Shown: piece by piece, positions 36,218 to 45,562 of the stretch
Layout of the letters: every line of letters begins with the position of its first letter
How positions within the stretch are numbered: the first letter of the stretch is position 1
Origin: an uncultured Oscillospiraceae bacterium
GTDB taxonomy: Bacteria > Bacillota > Clostridia > Oscillospirales > Oscillospiraceae
Assembly (NCBI GenBank): GCA_944385425.1
Contig: CALWXD010000146.1
Location: 1-54,347, forward strand
DNA: 54,347 bases
Direction of reading: 5' to 3'
Notes under the pieces: generated by a model
Database searches by the model: none
The model's input: the letters and a program-made list of their open reading frames with translations, nothing else
Told to the model about the DNA's origin: nothing
Made by a program: the position numbers and the translations under genes

Positions 36218-36862
36218 ATGAAAATTGCAATTATTGGCGGAACCGGCAATATGGGATACGGGCTGGGCCTGCGCCTGGCCAAAGCAAATCACGAGATCGT
36301 GATTGGATCCCGCACCGCCGAACGGGCGGAAGAGGCGGCAAAGGCCGCCCGTGCACTGGTCGGCACTAGTCAGATTACCGGGGCGGAAAATGCGTCGGCG
36401 GCCCAGGAGGCGGAGCTTGTCATCCTTTCCGTTCCAACCGCCGGCCACCGGGAGATGGTACAAAGTCTTCGTGATATCCTCTCCCATAAATGCGTACTGG
36501 ATATTACCGTACCGCTGGCGTTCAAGCCGCTTCGTTATGCGCCCCCCCTAGAGGGCTCTAACGCCCAGGAGACGGCAGCCATCCTCGGAGAGGGGTGCCG
36601 TGTTGCCGCCGGCTTCCATACCATTTCCGCCACGCTGCTCACAGATCTTGAGGCACCCCTTGAAGCAGACGCCCTGTTGGTTGGAAATGACGCAGCGTTA
36701 AAAGAGCAGCTCCTCACTTTGGGGCGGGAGATTGGGATTACCGTTTACGACGCCGGCACATTGACGCTGGCCTGTGCCTTGGAGAGCCAGACGCCCATGC
36801 TCATCGGGATGAATAAGCGTTACGGAAGCAAGCACATTGGATTTAAAATGGTTGGCTTTTGA
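36218..36862 (+). CDS. NADPH-dependent F420 reductase-like (F420_oxidored family Rossmann protein)
   Basis: MKIAIIGGTGNMGYGLGLRLAKANHEIVIGSR... matches the Npd-type Rossmann N-terminus. The ATG at 36218 follows AAGGAAGGAG. Confidence 0.65.
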   Translation: MKIAIIGGTGNMGYGLGLRLAKANHEIVIGSRTAERAEEAAKAARALVGTSQITGAENASAAQEAELVILSVPTAGHREMVQSLRDILSHKCVLDITVPLAFKPLRYAPPLEGSNAQETAAILGEGCRVAAGFHTISATLLTDLEAPLEADALLVGNDAALKEQLLTLGREIGITVYDAGTLTLACALESQTPMLIGMNKRYGSKHIGFKMVGF

Positions 36863-37036
36863 CGGACCGCTCTCTCCCTAAGTCCCGCATCGCGCGTCTG
36901 ACAGGGCGGAGCCTCTTTCTCTGTGGCAATCCCAGGATACAGGCAAAAATTGCACGGCAGCAGACGTGAAACGCAACATGAAGCCGGATGTGTTTCTATG
37001 TATACTCGAAAAGTCGAGAGCAAGAAAGGAGCATCT

Positions 37037-38041
37037 ATGAAAAATCCATACGGATTGAGTTTCGGTATCTTTGGCGGGCACTCGCTGGAAGACACCATCC
37101 AGATGGTACAACGTGCCGAGTCCGCTGGACTGTCAGCTTGCTGGATTTTTGAAGACTACTTTTATGGCGGCGCGTTTTCAACGGCTACCGCCTGCGCCAT
37201 GAGCACAAAAACGATTCAGATCGCAATCGGCGTCATCAACCCTTTTACCCGCCACCCAGCCCTTTCCGCCATGGAGGCGGCTTCTCTCGACGCGCTCTCG
37301 CATGGCAGATTGATCCTTGGAATGGGGGGCAGCAACAAGGGTTGGATTCAAGACAAGGCGGGGATTCCGTTCGAAAGGCCAATCCAAGCCGCTATCGAGG
37401 CTGCCGATATTATCCGGCAGCTTGTCAATACCCGGCACGTCCACTACAACGGTGAAATCTTTAAAACCGGCGAGATCGCCCTTGAATTTGAGACATACCG
37501 CTCGAATATGCCGGTATATCTTGGCGTAAAAGGCGCCAAAGCGCTTTTCCGGGCGGGTCAGACCGCCGATGGCGTCGTATTATCCTCCTGCACCTCCCTT
37601 CCCTATATCAAATTCGCGCGGGAACATATTGCGGCGGGAGCGCAGTCGGCGGGACGGAATCCAGACGAGTTGAAAATTGCCGCCTATTTCCCGACAGCTG
37701 TCAACGACAACGAAAAGGAGGCGCGGGACTTGGTTCGCCCGTATCTCGCGAAATTTATCGGGATCCATGGCTATCACCCGATTCTGTTCGAGGCCGGGCT
37801 GAGCGAGGAGATCATCCGCCCCTTTAAGGAAGCCCTGGCGAAAGGCGCCAGCGCCAGCGTAATCCCCCTTGTCACAGACGATATTGTTGACCGCCTTGCC
37901 ATTGCGGGCAACGCCGCCTATTGCCGGGACAAACTGGCCGCAATTAACGCCGCGGGGGTTTCGATGCCGATCGCCTTTGAGCTCCCTGGACAAATGCCCT
38001 TAGAACTGGTGGATACGCTGGAGAACAAAATTCTTAATTGA
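37037..38041 (+). CDS. LLM-class oxidoreductase of the methylene-H4MPT-reductase/F420-dependent subfamily
   Basis: MKNPYGLSFGIFGG...AESAGLSACWIFEDYFYGG... matches this subfamily. The ATG at 37037 follows AGAAAGGAG. Confidence 0.7.
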   Translation: MKNPYGLSFGIFGGHSLEDTIQMVQRAESAGLSACWIFEDYFYGGAFSTATACAMSTKTIQIAIGVINPFTRHPALSAMEAASLDALSHGRLILGMGGSNKGWIQDKAGIPFERPIQAAIEAADIIRQLVNTRHVHYNGEIFKTGEIALEFETYRSNMPVYLGVKGAKALFRAGQTADGVVLSSCTSLPYIKFAREHIAAGAQSAGRNPDELKIAAYFPTAVNDNEKEARDLVRPYLAKFIGIHGYHPILFEAGLSEEIIRPFKEALAKGASASVIPLVTDDIVDRLAIAGNAAYCRDKLAAINAAGVSMPIAFELPGQMPLELVDTLENKILN

Positions 38042-38059
38042 TGATTTTCTGGAGGGCCT

Positions 38060-39133
38060 ATGAATTATATCAACAGTATCACAGAGGCAATTGGAAATAC
38101 GCCGCTGCTTAAGCTGAATAAAATCGGGAAAGACGCCGGGGCAAATATCTTTGTCAAGCTGGAACACCTAAACCCCAGCGGCAGCTATAAAGACCGTATG
38201 GCCCTTGCCATGGTGGACGCCGCCCTGGAGGGGCGCACATGGAATGGCCGGACCTTGCCGGCTGACGGGGTTGTCGTAGAGGCCTCCGCCGGAAATACCG
38301 CCCCGGCTCTGGCCTTGGTATGCGCCGCAAAAGGTCTCAAGGCTCGGCTGGTCTTGTACCGCTACCAGTTTGAGGGAGAGACCAATTCCCGTATGCAGAT
38401 TACCCAGGCTTTTGGCCCGGAGGTAACCGTCTCCAGTGAGCCCGGCGACTATTTGACGCCGGAGGAAGTGGAGGAGTTTTCCAAGGAGGAACCCGATATC
38501 CCCCATGTAATCGCCGCCAAGATGGACTGCCAAAAAATGGAAGATGAGGATGCAAAAACCGTCTGGGTGGATCAGATCTACAATATGGAAAACCTTGAAG
38601 GGCAGAAGGCCATGGCAAAAGAGATCTACAACCAGCTTGACGGCAAAATCGACGCCATAGGCTGCTCCGTTGCCGCTGGCGGTACGCTGTATGGCCTGTG
38701 TGCCGGTCTGGCCGAACTTGGCGTCCATCCGGAATTGACCTTTGGCGTGGTCCCCAGCGGAAGCGAATGCTATTTGAGCCTGCCCAAAAAGGAGTGCAAT
38801 TACGGGGAGTACAAAGTTTCTGAGGCGCGCCATAAGGTCGCGGCGGCCATGGGGCTTAAAAAGTGGGTCACAGAGGAGTCCATTATCCACAAGATGGTAG
38901 AGGCGGGGTACCCAGACAAATGCTTTTTGGTTACGGACGAGGAGGCCCGGGAGATGGCAAACCGTCTGTGCCAGGAGGAAGGGATTTTCTGCGGGATGTC
39001 CTCCGGCGCGAATGTGTTGATTGCCCTTGAGATCGCAAAACGGCTTGGCCCGGGAAAAAACGTAGTAACAACCATTGTTGACCGTCGGGACCGCTATCTC
39101 AGCGAAAGCCCCCATGAGAAATATGTAGTATAA
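38060..39133 (+). CDS. PLP-dependent cysteine synthase/CBS family (PALP fold) protein
   Basis: A PLP-lysine motif (NPSGSYKDRMAL) and a glycine-rich loop (GCSVAAGGTLYG). Confidence 0.7.
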   Translation: MNYINSITEAIGNTPLLKLNKIGKDAGANIFVKLEHLNPSGSYKDRMALAMVDAALEGRTWNGRTLPADGVVVEASAGNTAPALALVCAAKGLKARLVLYRYQFEGETNSRMQITQAFGPEVTVSSEPGDYLTPEEVEEFSKEEPDIPHVIAAKMDCQKMEDEDAKTVWVDQIYNMENLEGQKAMAKEIYNQLDGKIDAIGCSVAAGGTLYGLCAGLAELGVHPELTFGVVPSGSECYLSLPKKECNYGEYKVSEARHKVAAAMGLKKWVTEESIIHKMVEAGYPDKCFLVTDEEAREMANRLCQEEGIFCGMSSGANVLIALEIAKRLGPGKNVVTTIVDRRDRYLSESPHEKYVV

Positions 39134-39155
39134 CGGGCAAGAAATGAGGAGGAAT

Positions 39156-39734
39156 ATGAACAGCGAAGCAAAGATGAACAAAAACCGTCTGTTTCAGATG
39201 GTGTTGATTGCTGAAATGGGAGCTATTTCGGTTATTCTCGCTAAGTTTACCCGATTCCCCATTTTTCCTTCCGCGCCATTTTTGAAAATGGATTTGGGGG
39301 AACTCCCACTGCTTTTGTGCGTAATACTCCTCCCGGGCTGGCGCGGTCTGGTCGCGCTGCTGGTTAAGGAGTTCCTGTCTTTTCTCCTTTTTGGAACCAA
39401 TCTTTTCGGTCTAACAGCCGACTTCCTGGCCTGCGGCGCCTTTCTCGCTGGATTTCTTTTGCTTTACCAGAAAAAGCCCGCGCCATCGCTGCGGCGCTTT
39501 TCCCTCTCGGTGGGGCTGGCATCCATTTTCCGGATGTTGTTTTCTATCCCTCTAAATCTGGTCATTTTACAGTTGCAATACGGCTCCACAATTGAGACGA
39601 TATGGCTGCAAATGCCGTATATTGTCCCATTCAACGGACTTAAGTGCCTGCTTGACGGGGTGTGTATCGCCCTCATGTGGAAACAGCTGCAAAATATATG
39701 GCATGGCCGTATAAGAGGGGTGCTCCAGCCGTAA
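39156..39734 (+). CDS. ECF-transporter S (substrate-capture) component-like membrane protein
   Basis: ~190 aa membrane protein with 5-6 TM helices. The ATG at 39156 follows GAGGAGGAAT. Confidence 0.55.
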   Translation: MNSEAKMNKNRLFQMVLIAEMGAISVILAKFTRFPIFPSAPFLKMDLGELPLLLCVILLPGWRGLVALLVKEFLSFLLFGTNLFGLTADFLACGAFLAGFLLLYQKKPAPSLRRFSLSVGLASIFRMLFSIPLNLVILQLQYGSTIETIWLQMPYIVPFNGLKCLLDGVCIALMWKQLQNIWHGRIRGVLQP

Positions 39735-40061
39735 CATTCGCTCCACAGCAGCCCTTAGGCGGGGTCTGACGCGCATTTGTCCGCTTCCTCCTTCCAAATC
39801 CAGCATTAGTGCGCTTTTTAACAATTCAATAAACCGAACAAAGCAATATCAGCGATATAGGACGCCTATAGAGCTGATATTGCTTCATCCAAACGGTTTT
39901 CTCTTTTACGGCAGGGCCAGAGAGGGCCACTGCGCGTTAAACGGCTGGCCCCACGATCTATTTGCACACGATAATTTTGTTTGCTGTACTCCTTTCCATG
40001 GCCGTCAGCCGAATAGGCAAATATTTTAAACGCCCGCTTCAGCAGCATGGAGGTACCACTT

Positions 40062-41378
40062 ATGGAGCTATACCCTATTGATCATATCCCCGAAATTGAT
40101 ACCAACAGCAATCTTCCCGCCCTAATCTACCAAGGGGTAACAAAAATGGGAAAAGCGCTGGCAGCGGGAGATATTCTCGTCATCACCTCGAAAGTTGTTG
40201 CAAAATGGAAGGGGTGTGTCCGCCGCCTGGAGGATATCCAGCCCGGGCCGGCCGCCCAGCGCATCAGCCAAATTTTGGGCCGCCCCCCCGCGTACTGCCA
40301 AATGGTACTCGATGTCAGCAGTGAAATTGTGCGTCTTGCACCGGGGGTCATGATTACACGGACCCATCATGGCTTTGTCATGGCCAATGGCGGAATTGAT
40401 GGTTCCAACACGGCACATTCCGGCGAATACATCTATTTGCCGGAAAATTTAGACGAGTTGGCGCAAGAAATTCGGGATTCGCTGATGGCGGCCGGCGCTC
40501 CAGAGATTGCGATCGTACTCAGCGATACTTTTGGCCGCCCCTGGCGCAATGGGCAGGTGGATTTAGCTGTCGGCTGCGCCGGGTTAGAGCCGCTGCTGGA
40601 TCTTCGAAACACACAGGATGATATCGGGCAGACGTTATTTAGCACACTGCCGGCTATTGCGGACGAGTTATCCGCAGCAGCAGACCTTGTCGCCGGAAAA
40701 ACAAACCGGGTGCCAGCGGTTTTAATTCGTGGCTACCATTATCCCAAAGGAGACAGCGGCACAGAGCCATTGATTATGCCCCGGGAACGGGATCTCTTTG
40801 GGCCGGCCTCCATAGGGCCGCAGGCCTTGGCCATGCTCTTGCAGCGTCATTCTGTGCGGGTCTTCCAAAAACGCCCCGTCCCAAAGCAGTTATTGGGACA
40901 AATCCTTGCCGCCGGGCAGGTGGCCCCTTCCTCCCACAACCGTAAACCTTGGCACTTCCATGTCATTGACCAGGAAAGCGCGCTAAAGCCTTTTTGGGCC
41001 GCGTTGACCCAGCGGCGCACCTATGACATGCGCCAGGCGGGATTTCGAGAAGCTCTTGTCCATGAGTGGTTGGACCGCAACAAGCGCACCCTCGAAACCG
41101 CGGCGGCCCTCATTATCCTATCGGGCAAAAAGCATCCCGAAGAAAATCCCCTGGACGAAAACGAGGAGATTGATCGGATACTGACCATTCAGAGCGTCGC
41201 CCTAGCAGGCGGGCAGATGCTGCTGGCAGCCTCTTTTCTTGGTTTAGGGGCTTGCTGGTATGCCGCCCCGCTTTTCTGTGCGGATTTAGTAGAGAATCTG
41301 ATCGCGTTGCCGGAGGAATATGTCCCGCACGGAATGCTAGCCCTTGGGTACGCAGCCGAGGACGGTTCCGCGCCCTAA
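40062..41378 (+). CDS. bifunctional coenzyme F420-0:L-glutamate ligase (CofE-like) / nitroreductase-fold protein (FbiB-like architecture)
   Basis: The N-terminal half matches CofE (GDILVITSKVVAKWKGCVRRLEDI, MANGGIDGSN, LSDTFGRPWRNGQVDLAVG, VPAVLIRGY). The C-terminal half is nitroreductase-like (HSVRVFQKRPVPKQLLGQILAAGQVAPSSHNRKPWHFHVI). The ATG at 40062 lies 8 nt after GGAGG. Confidence 0.7.
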   Translation: MELYPIDHIPEIDTNSNLPALIYQGVTKMGKALAAGDILVITSKVVAKWKGCVRRLEDIQPGPAAQRISQILGRPPAYCQMVLDVSSEIVRLAPGVMITRTHHGFVMANGGIDGSNTAHSGEYIYLPENLDELAQEIRDSLMAAGAPEIAIVLSDTFGRPWRNGQVDLAVGCAGLEPLLDLRNTQDDIGQTLFSTLPAIADELSAAADLVAGKTNRVPAVLIRGYHYPKGDSGTEPLIMPRERDLFGPASIGPQALAMLLQRHSVRVFQKRPVPKQLLGQILAAGQVAPSSHNRKPWHFHVIDQESALKPFWAALTQRRTYDMRQAGFREALVHEWLDRNKRTLETAAALIILSGKKHPEENPLDENEEIDRILTIQSVALAGGQMLLAASFLGLGACWYAAPLFCADLVENLIALPEEYVPHGMLALGYAAEDGSAP

Positions 41379-41517
41379 ACGCGGCGGAGCGTACTCTCCA
41401 CGGCAGGAGGGCGGCAGCTTGGGAATGGCCCGCACCTTTCCGGTACGAGGCAGCCTTCCAGCCCTGCGCACCGTCTTCCCCTAACGGCGGTCTTATCGCC
41501 TGGCAAATTGGAATGAA

Positions 41518-41555
41518 ATAAAGGGCGCGCCGCAATACATTGCGGCGCGCCTTTT
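41518..41555. terminator. bidirectional rho-independent terminator
   Basis: AAAGGGCGCGCCGCAA-tacat-TGCGGCGCGCC followed by TTTTG. Confidence 0.65.
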
Positions 41556-41641
41556 GCGTAAACTTTGCATTTCCCCGCAAAATCGCTCCTCATGCCTCCT
41601 CATCTGTTCGACAGGTCAACACGCTCTTCTGAACGCTTCTT

Positions 41642-42631
41642 TCAAAACCACGGGGCCTGCTCCGTCCGGAACCGGGGCGCCGGCCCATCGGCGTAGGGAT
41701 CGTAGCGCTCCAGATTGCAGCCAAACTCCTTTAGGCGCTCCATCCGCCCGGAGGCGTCCCAGGTCACCAGGGACATCCCCTCAAAGCGGGTCTCGCCGCC
41801 GTCGTACATCCGGCTGTGGAACAGCCACTCCACCGCAGTCTGGTTCCCCCGGTGGAAAAACTGCCGGATGTCCCACCGCAGCACCTCCCCCCGGGTGCGC
41901 CACTCCCCCAGCCAGTGGCGGATGGCCGCCGCGCCGTGGTACTCCGGGCCCCAGCTCTCGGTGTACACCGCATCCGGCGTAAAGAGGGCGGAGAGGTCGT
42001 CCTCCTCCCCGGTCATCCACAGGGAGAACCAACGCCGGATCAACTCCTCCCGCGCCGCCGGGGCGGGGAACAGGCTGCCCTCCCCCGCCCCGCCGCTCCA
42101 GAGCACCGCATCCACCGGGATGTCATGGGCCTCGGTCTCCAGGTGGTCCACCAGCTGGAAATCGTAGCACAGGGCGATGGTGGGGTGGCCGGGGTGCTGG
42201 GCGAGAAACCGGTCGTAGAACCCGCCGCCGTAGCCCATGCGGTTTCCGGCCCGGTCAAAGGCCAGCCCCGGCATGATGACAAGGGCGGCGGGGTCGTCAG
42301 CCTCCGGCCCGTCGGCGATGGGCTCGGGGATATCGTAGTAGCCCGGGGCCACGGCCTGGAGGTCGTCCAGCCACAAAAAGGCCATCCGGCTGCCGCCGGA
42401 GAGCACCTTGGGCACCGCCACCCGTTTCCCGTCCCGTATGGCCTGCTCCAGGATGGGCATGGTGCGGACCTCCTGGTTGTAGGAGAGGTAGCAGTAGAGG
42501 CTCTTCGCCTTCTGATAAAGGGGATGGGCGAAGAGCTGTCGGGCCAGGTCCGCGCTGCAGCGGTCGATCTCCTCCGGCGTCATGGCTTTTTTCTTCCGGT
42601 CCATCTCATGGCGCAAGGCTTTTTTATCCAT
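41642..42631 (-). CDS. 5-formyltetrahydrofolate cyclo-ligase (MTHFS) fused to a C-terminal SnoaL/NTF2-like domain
   Basis: MTHFS core motifs are GLAFDRAGNRMGYGGGFYDRFL and HDIPVD. An extra ~140 aa C-terminal NTF2-like domain follows. The ATG at 42631 follows AGGAGGAGG and overlaps the uvrC 3' end by 8 nt. Confidence 0.7.
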   Translation of the reverse strand: MDKKALRHEMDRKKKAMTPEEIDRCSADLARQLFAHPLYQKAKSLYCYLSYNQEVRTMPILEQAIRDGKRVAVPKVLSGGSRMAFLWLDDLQAVAPGYYDIPEPIADGPEADDPAALVIMPGLAFDRAGNRMGYGGGFYDRFLAQHPGHPTIALCYDFQLVDHLETEAHDIPVDAVLWSGGAGEGSLFPAPAAREELIRRWFSLWMTGEEDDLSALFTPDAVYTESWGPEYHGAAAIRHWLGEWRTRGEVLRWDIRQFFHRGNQTAVEWLFHSRMYDGGETRFEGMSLVTWDASGRMERLKEFGCNLERYDPYADGPAPRFRTEQAPWF

Positions 42632-44468
42632 GGCTGGTTTCCTCCTCCTGGTGAAAATGTTCATAGACGGCCCTTGCCGCGTTTTTTGGCAGCACGGCGC
42701 GCAGCTGCTCCTCCGTGGCCTCCCGGACGGCCTTCACGCTGCCGAAGTGTTTCAAAAGAGCCTGCCGCCGCGCCTCCCCCACCCCGGGGATCCGGTCCAG
42801 GGCCGACTGTCGCAGGCCCTTGGCGTGGCTCTGGCGGTGGAAGGTGATGGCAAAGCGGTGGGTCTCCTCCTGGATGCGGCCCACCATGGCGAAGACCGCC
42901 TGGTTCTGCTGGATGCCGATCTCCCGGCCCTCCGGCGTCACCAGGGCCCGGGTGCGGTGGCGGCCGTCCTTCACCATGCCGAAGATGGGGGTCTCCAGGC
43001 CAAACTCCCCCCGGATCACCGCCTGGGCCGCCTGGGCGTGGGCGGCGCCGCCGTCGATAAGAAAGACGTCGGGCAGGGGGGAGAACTTCTCGTCCCCGTC
43101 GGCGTACCGCTGGAGCCGGCGGCGCAGCACCTCCTGCATGGAGCGGTAGTCGTCCGGGCGCCCCTCCAGATCCTTGATGCGGAAACGGCGGTACTGGCTC
43201 CTGGCGCTCTGGGCGCCGTGGAACACGGTCATGGAGGCCACGATGTCGCTGCCGCCAGTGTTGGAGATGTCGTAGGCCTCCATCCGCTCCGGGGCCCGGG
43301 GGAGACCCGTCATTCTGGTGAACAGCTCCAGCGTCCGGTCCACCCGCTCCTCCCGGGTGGTGACCCGCTCCGCCTCCTCCCGGGCGTTGCGCAGGGCCAT
43401 GTCCAAAAGCTCCGCCTTCTCCCCCCGCTGGGGGCAGCGGACGTGGACCTTGTGGCCGGCGGCCTCGCAGAGCATCTGGGCAAAGACGTCCATGTCCTCG
43501 ATCTCAAAGGGCAGCAAAATCTCCCGGGGCAGCACATTTCGCCCGCCGTAGTACTGCAGCAGCAGCGCCGCCAGCATCTCCGGCGGCTCCTCGTTGGCCG
43601 GGGCCTGGAAGAGGGCGGCCTCCCGGTAGACCAGCTGCCCCTGCTCATAGTGGAGCACGGCGTAGCAGCACCTGGCCTCCCGGTAGAGGCCCCACACGTC
43701 GGTGTCGGCGCAGTGGGCGGCCACCACCCCCTGCCGCTTGCGCAGGGTCTCGATGGCGCGGATGCGGTCCCGCAGCTCCGCCGCCCGCTCAAACTGCAGG
43801 TCCTCCGCCGCCGCCGCCATCTCCCGCTCCAGGTCCCGGACCACCTCCCCCAGCTTACCGGTGAGCAGCAGCACCGCCTGCTCGATCCGGCGACGGTACT
43901 CCTCGTCGTCCGGCGTGCCCCGGCAGAAGGCGTCGCACCGGCCCATGTGGTGGTTGAGGCAGGGCCGCTCCTTCCCGATGTCCCGGGGAAAGCGCTTGGA
44001 GCAGGTGGGGAGCTTTAAGGCCGCGGCGATGGCGTCCAGGGCGGAGCGGGTCTCGTACCGCCCGCCGAAGGGGCCGAAATACCGTGCGCTGTCCTTCTCC
44101 TGCCGGTTCACCAGGGAGAACCGGGGGTAGCGCTCGCTGGAGAGGCGGACAAAGGGGTAGCCCTTGCTGTCCTTGAGAAGAATGTTGTACCGGGGCATGT
44201 ACTGCTTGATGAGGGCGTTTTCCAGCACCAGGGCCTCAAACTCCGAGCGGACCACAATGGTGTCAAAGTCATCCACCTGGCCCACCATCACATGGGTCTT
44301 GTAGTTGTGGCCGCTGCCGCCCTGGAAATACTGGCTCACCCGGTTTTTCAGCCGCTTGGCCTTGCCCACATAGATGACGTCCCCCTCCCCGTTTTTCATC
44401 AGATAGACCCCCGGGGCCAGGGGCAGGGAGTTGGCCTTGTCCAGCAGCTCCTCCCGCGTCACACCCAT
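42624..44468 (-). CDS. uvrC: excinuclease ABC subunit C
   Basis: GIY-YIG N-terminus (PGVYLMKNGEGDVIYVGKAKRLKNRVSQYF), UvrC mid-domain, and the C-terminal (HhH)2 domain. The ATG at 44468 follows AGGGAAGG. Confidence 0.9.
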   Translation of the reverse strand: MGVTREELLDKANSLPLAPGVYLMKNGEGDVIYVGKAKRLKNRVSQYFQGGSGHNYKTHVMVGQVDDFDTIVVRSEFEALVLENALIKQYMPRYNILLKDSKGYPFVRLSSERYPRFSLVNRQEKDSARYFGPFGGRYETRSALDAIAAALKLPTCSKRFPRDIGKERPCLNHHMGRCDAFCRGTPDDEEYRRRIEQAVLLLTGKLGEVVRDLEREMAAAAEDLQFERAAELRDRIRAIETLRKRQGVVAAHCADTDVWGLYREARCCYAVLHYEQGQLVYREAALFQAPANEEPPEMLAALLLQYYGGRNVLPREILLPFEIEDMDVFAQMLCEAAGHKVHVRCPQRGEKAELLDMALRNAREEAERVTTREERVDRTLELFTRMTGLPRAPERMEAYDISNTGGSDIVASMTVFHGAQSARSQYRRFRIKDLEGRPDDYRSMQEVLRRRLQRYADGDEKFSPLPDVFLIDGGAAHAQAAQAVIRGEFGLETPIFGMVKDGRHRTRALVTPEGREIGIQQNQAVFAMVGRIQEETHRFAITFHRQSHAKGLRQSALDRIPGVGEARRQALLKHFGSVKAVREATEEQLRAVLPKNAARAVYEHFHQEEETSHG

Positions 44469-44692
44469 CACCTGCCTTCCCTCTTCGCTGGGTCCCCCGC
44501 CGCGGGGGACGCTACCGCCAGTATACCACAGCCGCGGCAAAAAAGAAACCGGGGAATGGGTCCGCCGCTCCCCGGCCGTCAGAGGGCGGGGCGGCTGCCC
44601 CCCGCACTCCCCCGCGCAGGCGCGGGGTGCCTACCGGACAGTGGCTTTTCATGAGCTGAGGAGGGCGGCAAAGCCGCCCTCCTCAAGTTCTG

Positions 44693-45070
44693 TTATGTCA
44701 TGTTCTCTTTCTCCTCCGGGCAGAGGCCCCCCCGCCGGCAGCACCGGGCGCAGCAGCGCCTGCCGCCGCCGCACCGCTCCCGGTCGCCGCAGACCTCCAC
44801 GTCCCCTCCGGCGATGCGGAGGGAGCGCCCCTCCACCAGGCACTGGGCCAGCTTTCGCCGGGCGGCGGCGTAGATGGCCTGGACCGTGGTCCGGGCCACC
44901 CCCATCTGGGCCGCCGCCTCCTCCTGCCGCAGGCCCTCGTAGTCCAAAAGGCGGATGGCCTCATACTCGTCCACCGCCAGCTCCACCGCCGGCCGGTCGC
45001 CGCCCGGGCTCAGAAACGCCGTCTGGGCCGGCAGGCCGCAGACCCGCCGGCACTTTTTGGGCCGCGGCAT
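44693..45070 (-). CDS. DUF134 (UPF0251) putative DNA-binding protein
   Basis: MPRPKKCRRVCGLP... is the family start. It has a sigma-70 region-4-like HTH and a Cys-rich C-terminus. Confidence 0.7.
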   Translation of the reverse strand: MPRPKKCRRVCGLPAQTAFLSPGGDRPAVELAVDEYEAIRLLDYEGLRQEEAAAQMGVARTTVQAIYAAARRKLAQCLVEGRSLRIAGGDVEVCGDRERCGGGRRCCARCCRRGGLCPEEKENMT

Positions 45071-45480
45071 CAGCCGCAGTGGTGGGGGCAGTGGTGCTCA
45101 TGGCCGCCGCAGCCCTCCGGGGTGCAGGCGTGGCCGTGCTCCTGGTCGTGGTGGGCACAGCGCACGTCCGGGTCGTACTGGAGGTTCCCCGCCAGAAACG
45201 CCTCCACCGCCCCGTCGGCGGAGCCCGCCGCGCCGCCGTAGATGGCGATGCCCAGCTCCTCCAGGGCCGCCCGGGCGCCGCCGCCGATGCCGCCGCAGAT
45301 GAGGGCGCCCACACCGGCCTTCCGCAAAAAGTCCGCCAGGGCGCTGTGGCCCGCCCCTTCGGTGTTCACCACCACCGCCTGGGTCACCTTCCCATCGGCG
45401 GTGTCATAGAGCTTGAACTGCTGGGTGTGGCCGAAGTGCTGAAAGATCTGACCGTCCTCGTATGTCACTGCGATTCTCAT
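45070..45480 (-). CDS. NifB/NifX-family Fe-Mo-cluster-binding-like protein with a His/Cys-rich C-terminal tail
   Basis: MRIAVTYEDGQIFQHFGHTQQFKLYD... is a dinitrogenase FeMo-cofactor-binding-like fold. The tail reads CAHHDQEHGHACTPEGCGGHEHHCPHHCG. Its stop overlaps the DUF134 start (ATGA). Confidence 0.7.
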   Translation of the reverse strand: MRIAVTYEDGQIFQHFGHTQQFKLYDTADGKVTQAVVVNTEGAGHSALADFLRKAGVGALICGGIGGGARAALEELGIAIYGGAAGSADGAVEAFLAGNLQYDPDVRCAHHDQEHGHACTPEGCGGHEHHCPHHCG

Positions 45481-45562
45481 GGTATTGTCCTCCTTATTTC
45501 CGACTTATGTCAGATATTAAGGCCAGTATACGCCTGTTTCCGGTATATGTCAAGAACTCCTG

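Noticed and set aside
44640-44690. Hairpin GAGGAGGGCGGCAAAGCCGCCCTCCTC as a terminator between uvrC and DUF134
   Set aside because: It lies upstream, not downstream, of the minus-strand uvrC start and has no clear U-tract on the relevant strand. It may be an attenuator or simply a GC-rich stem.
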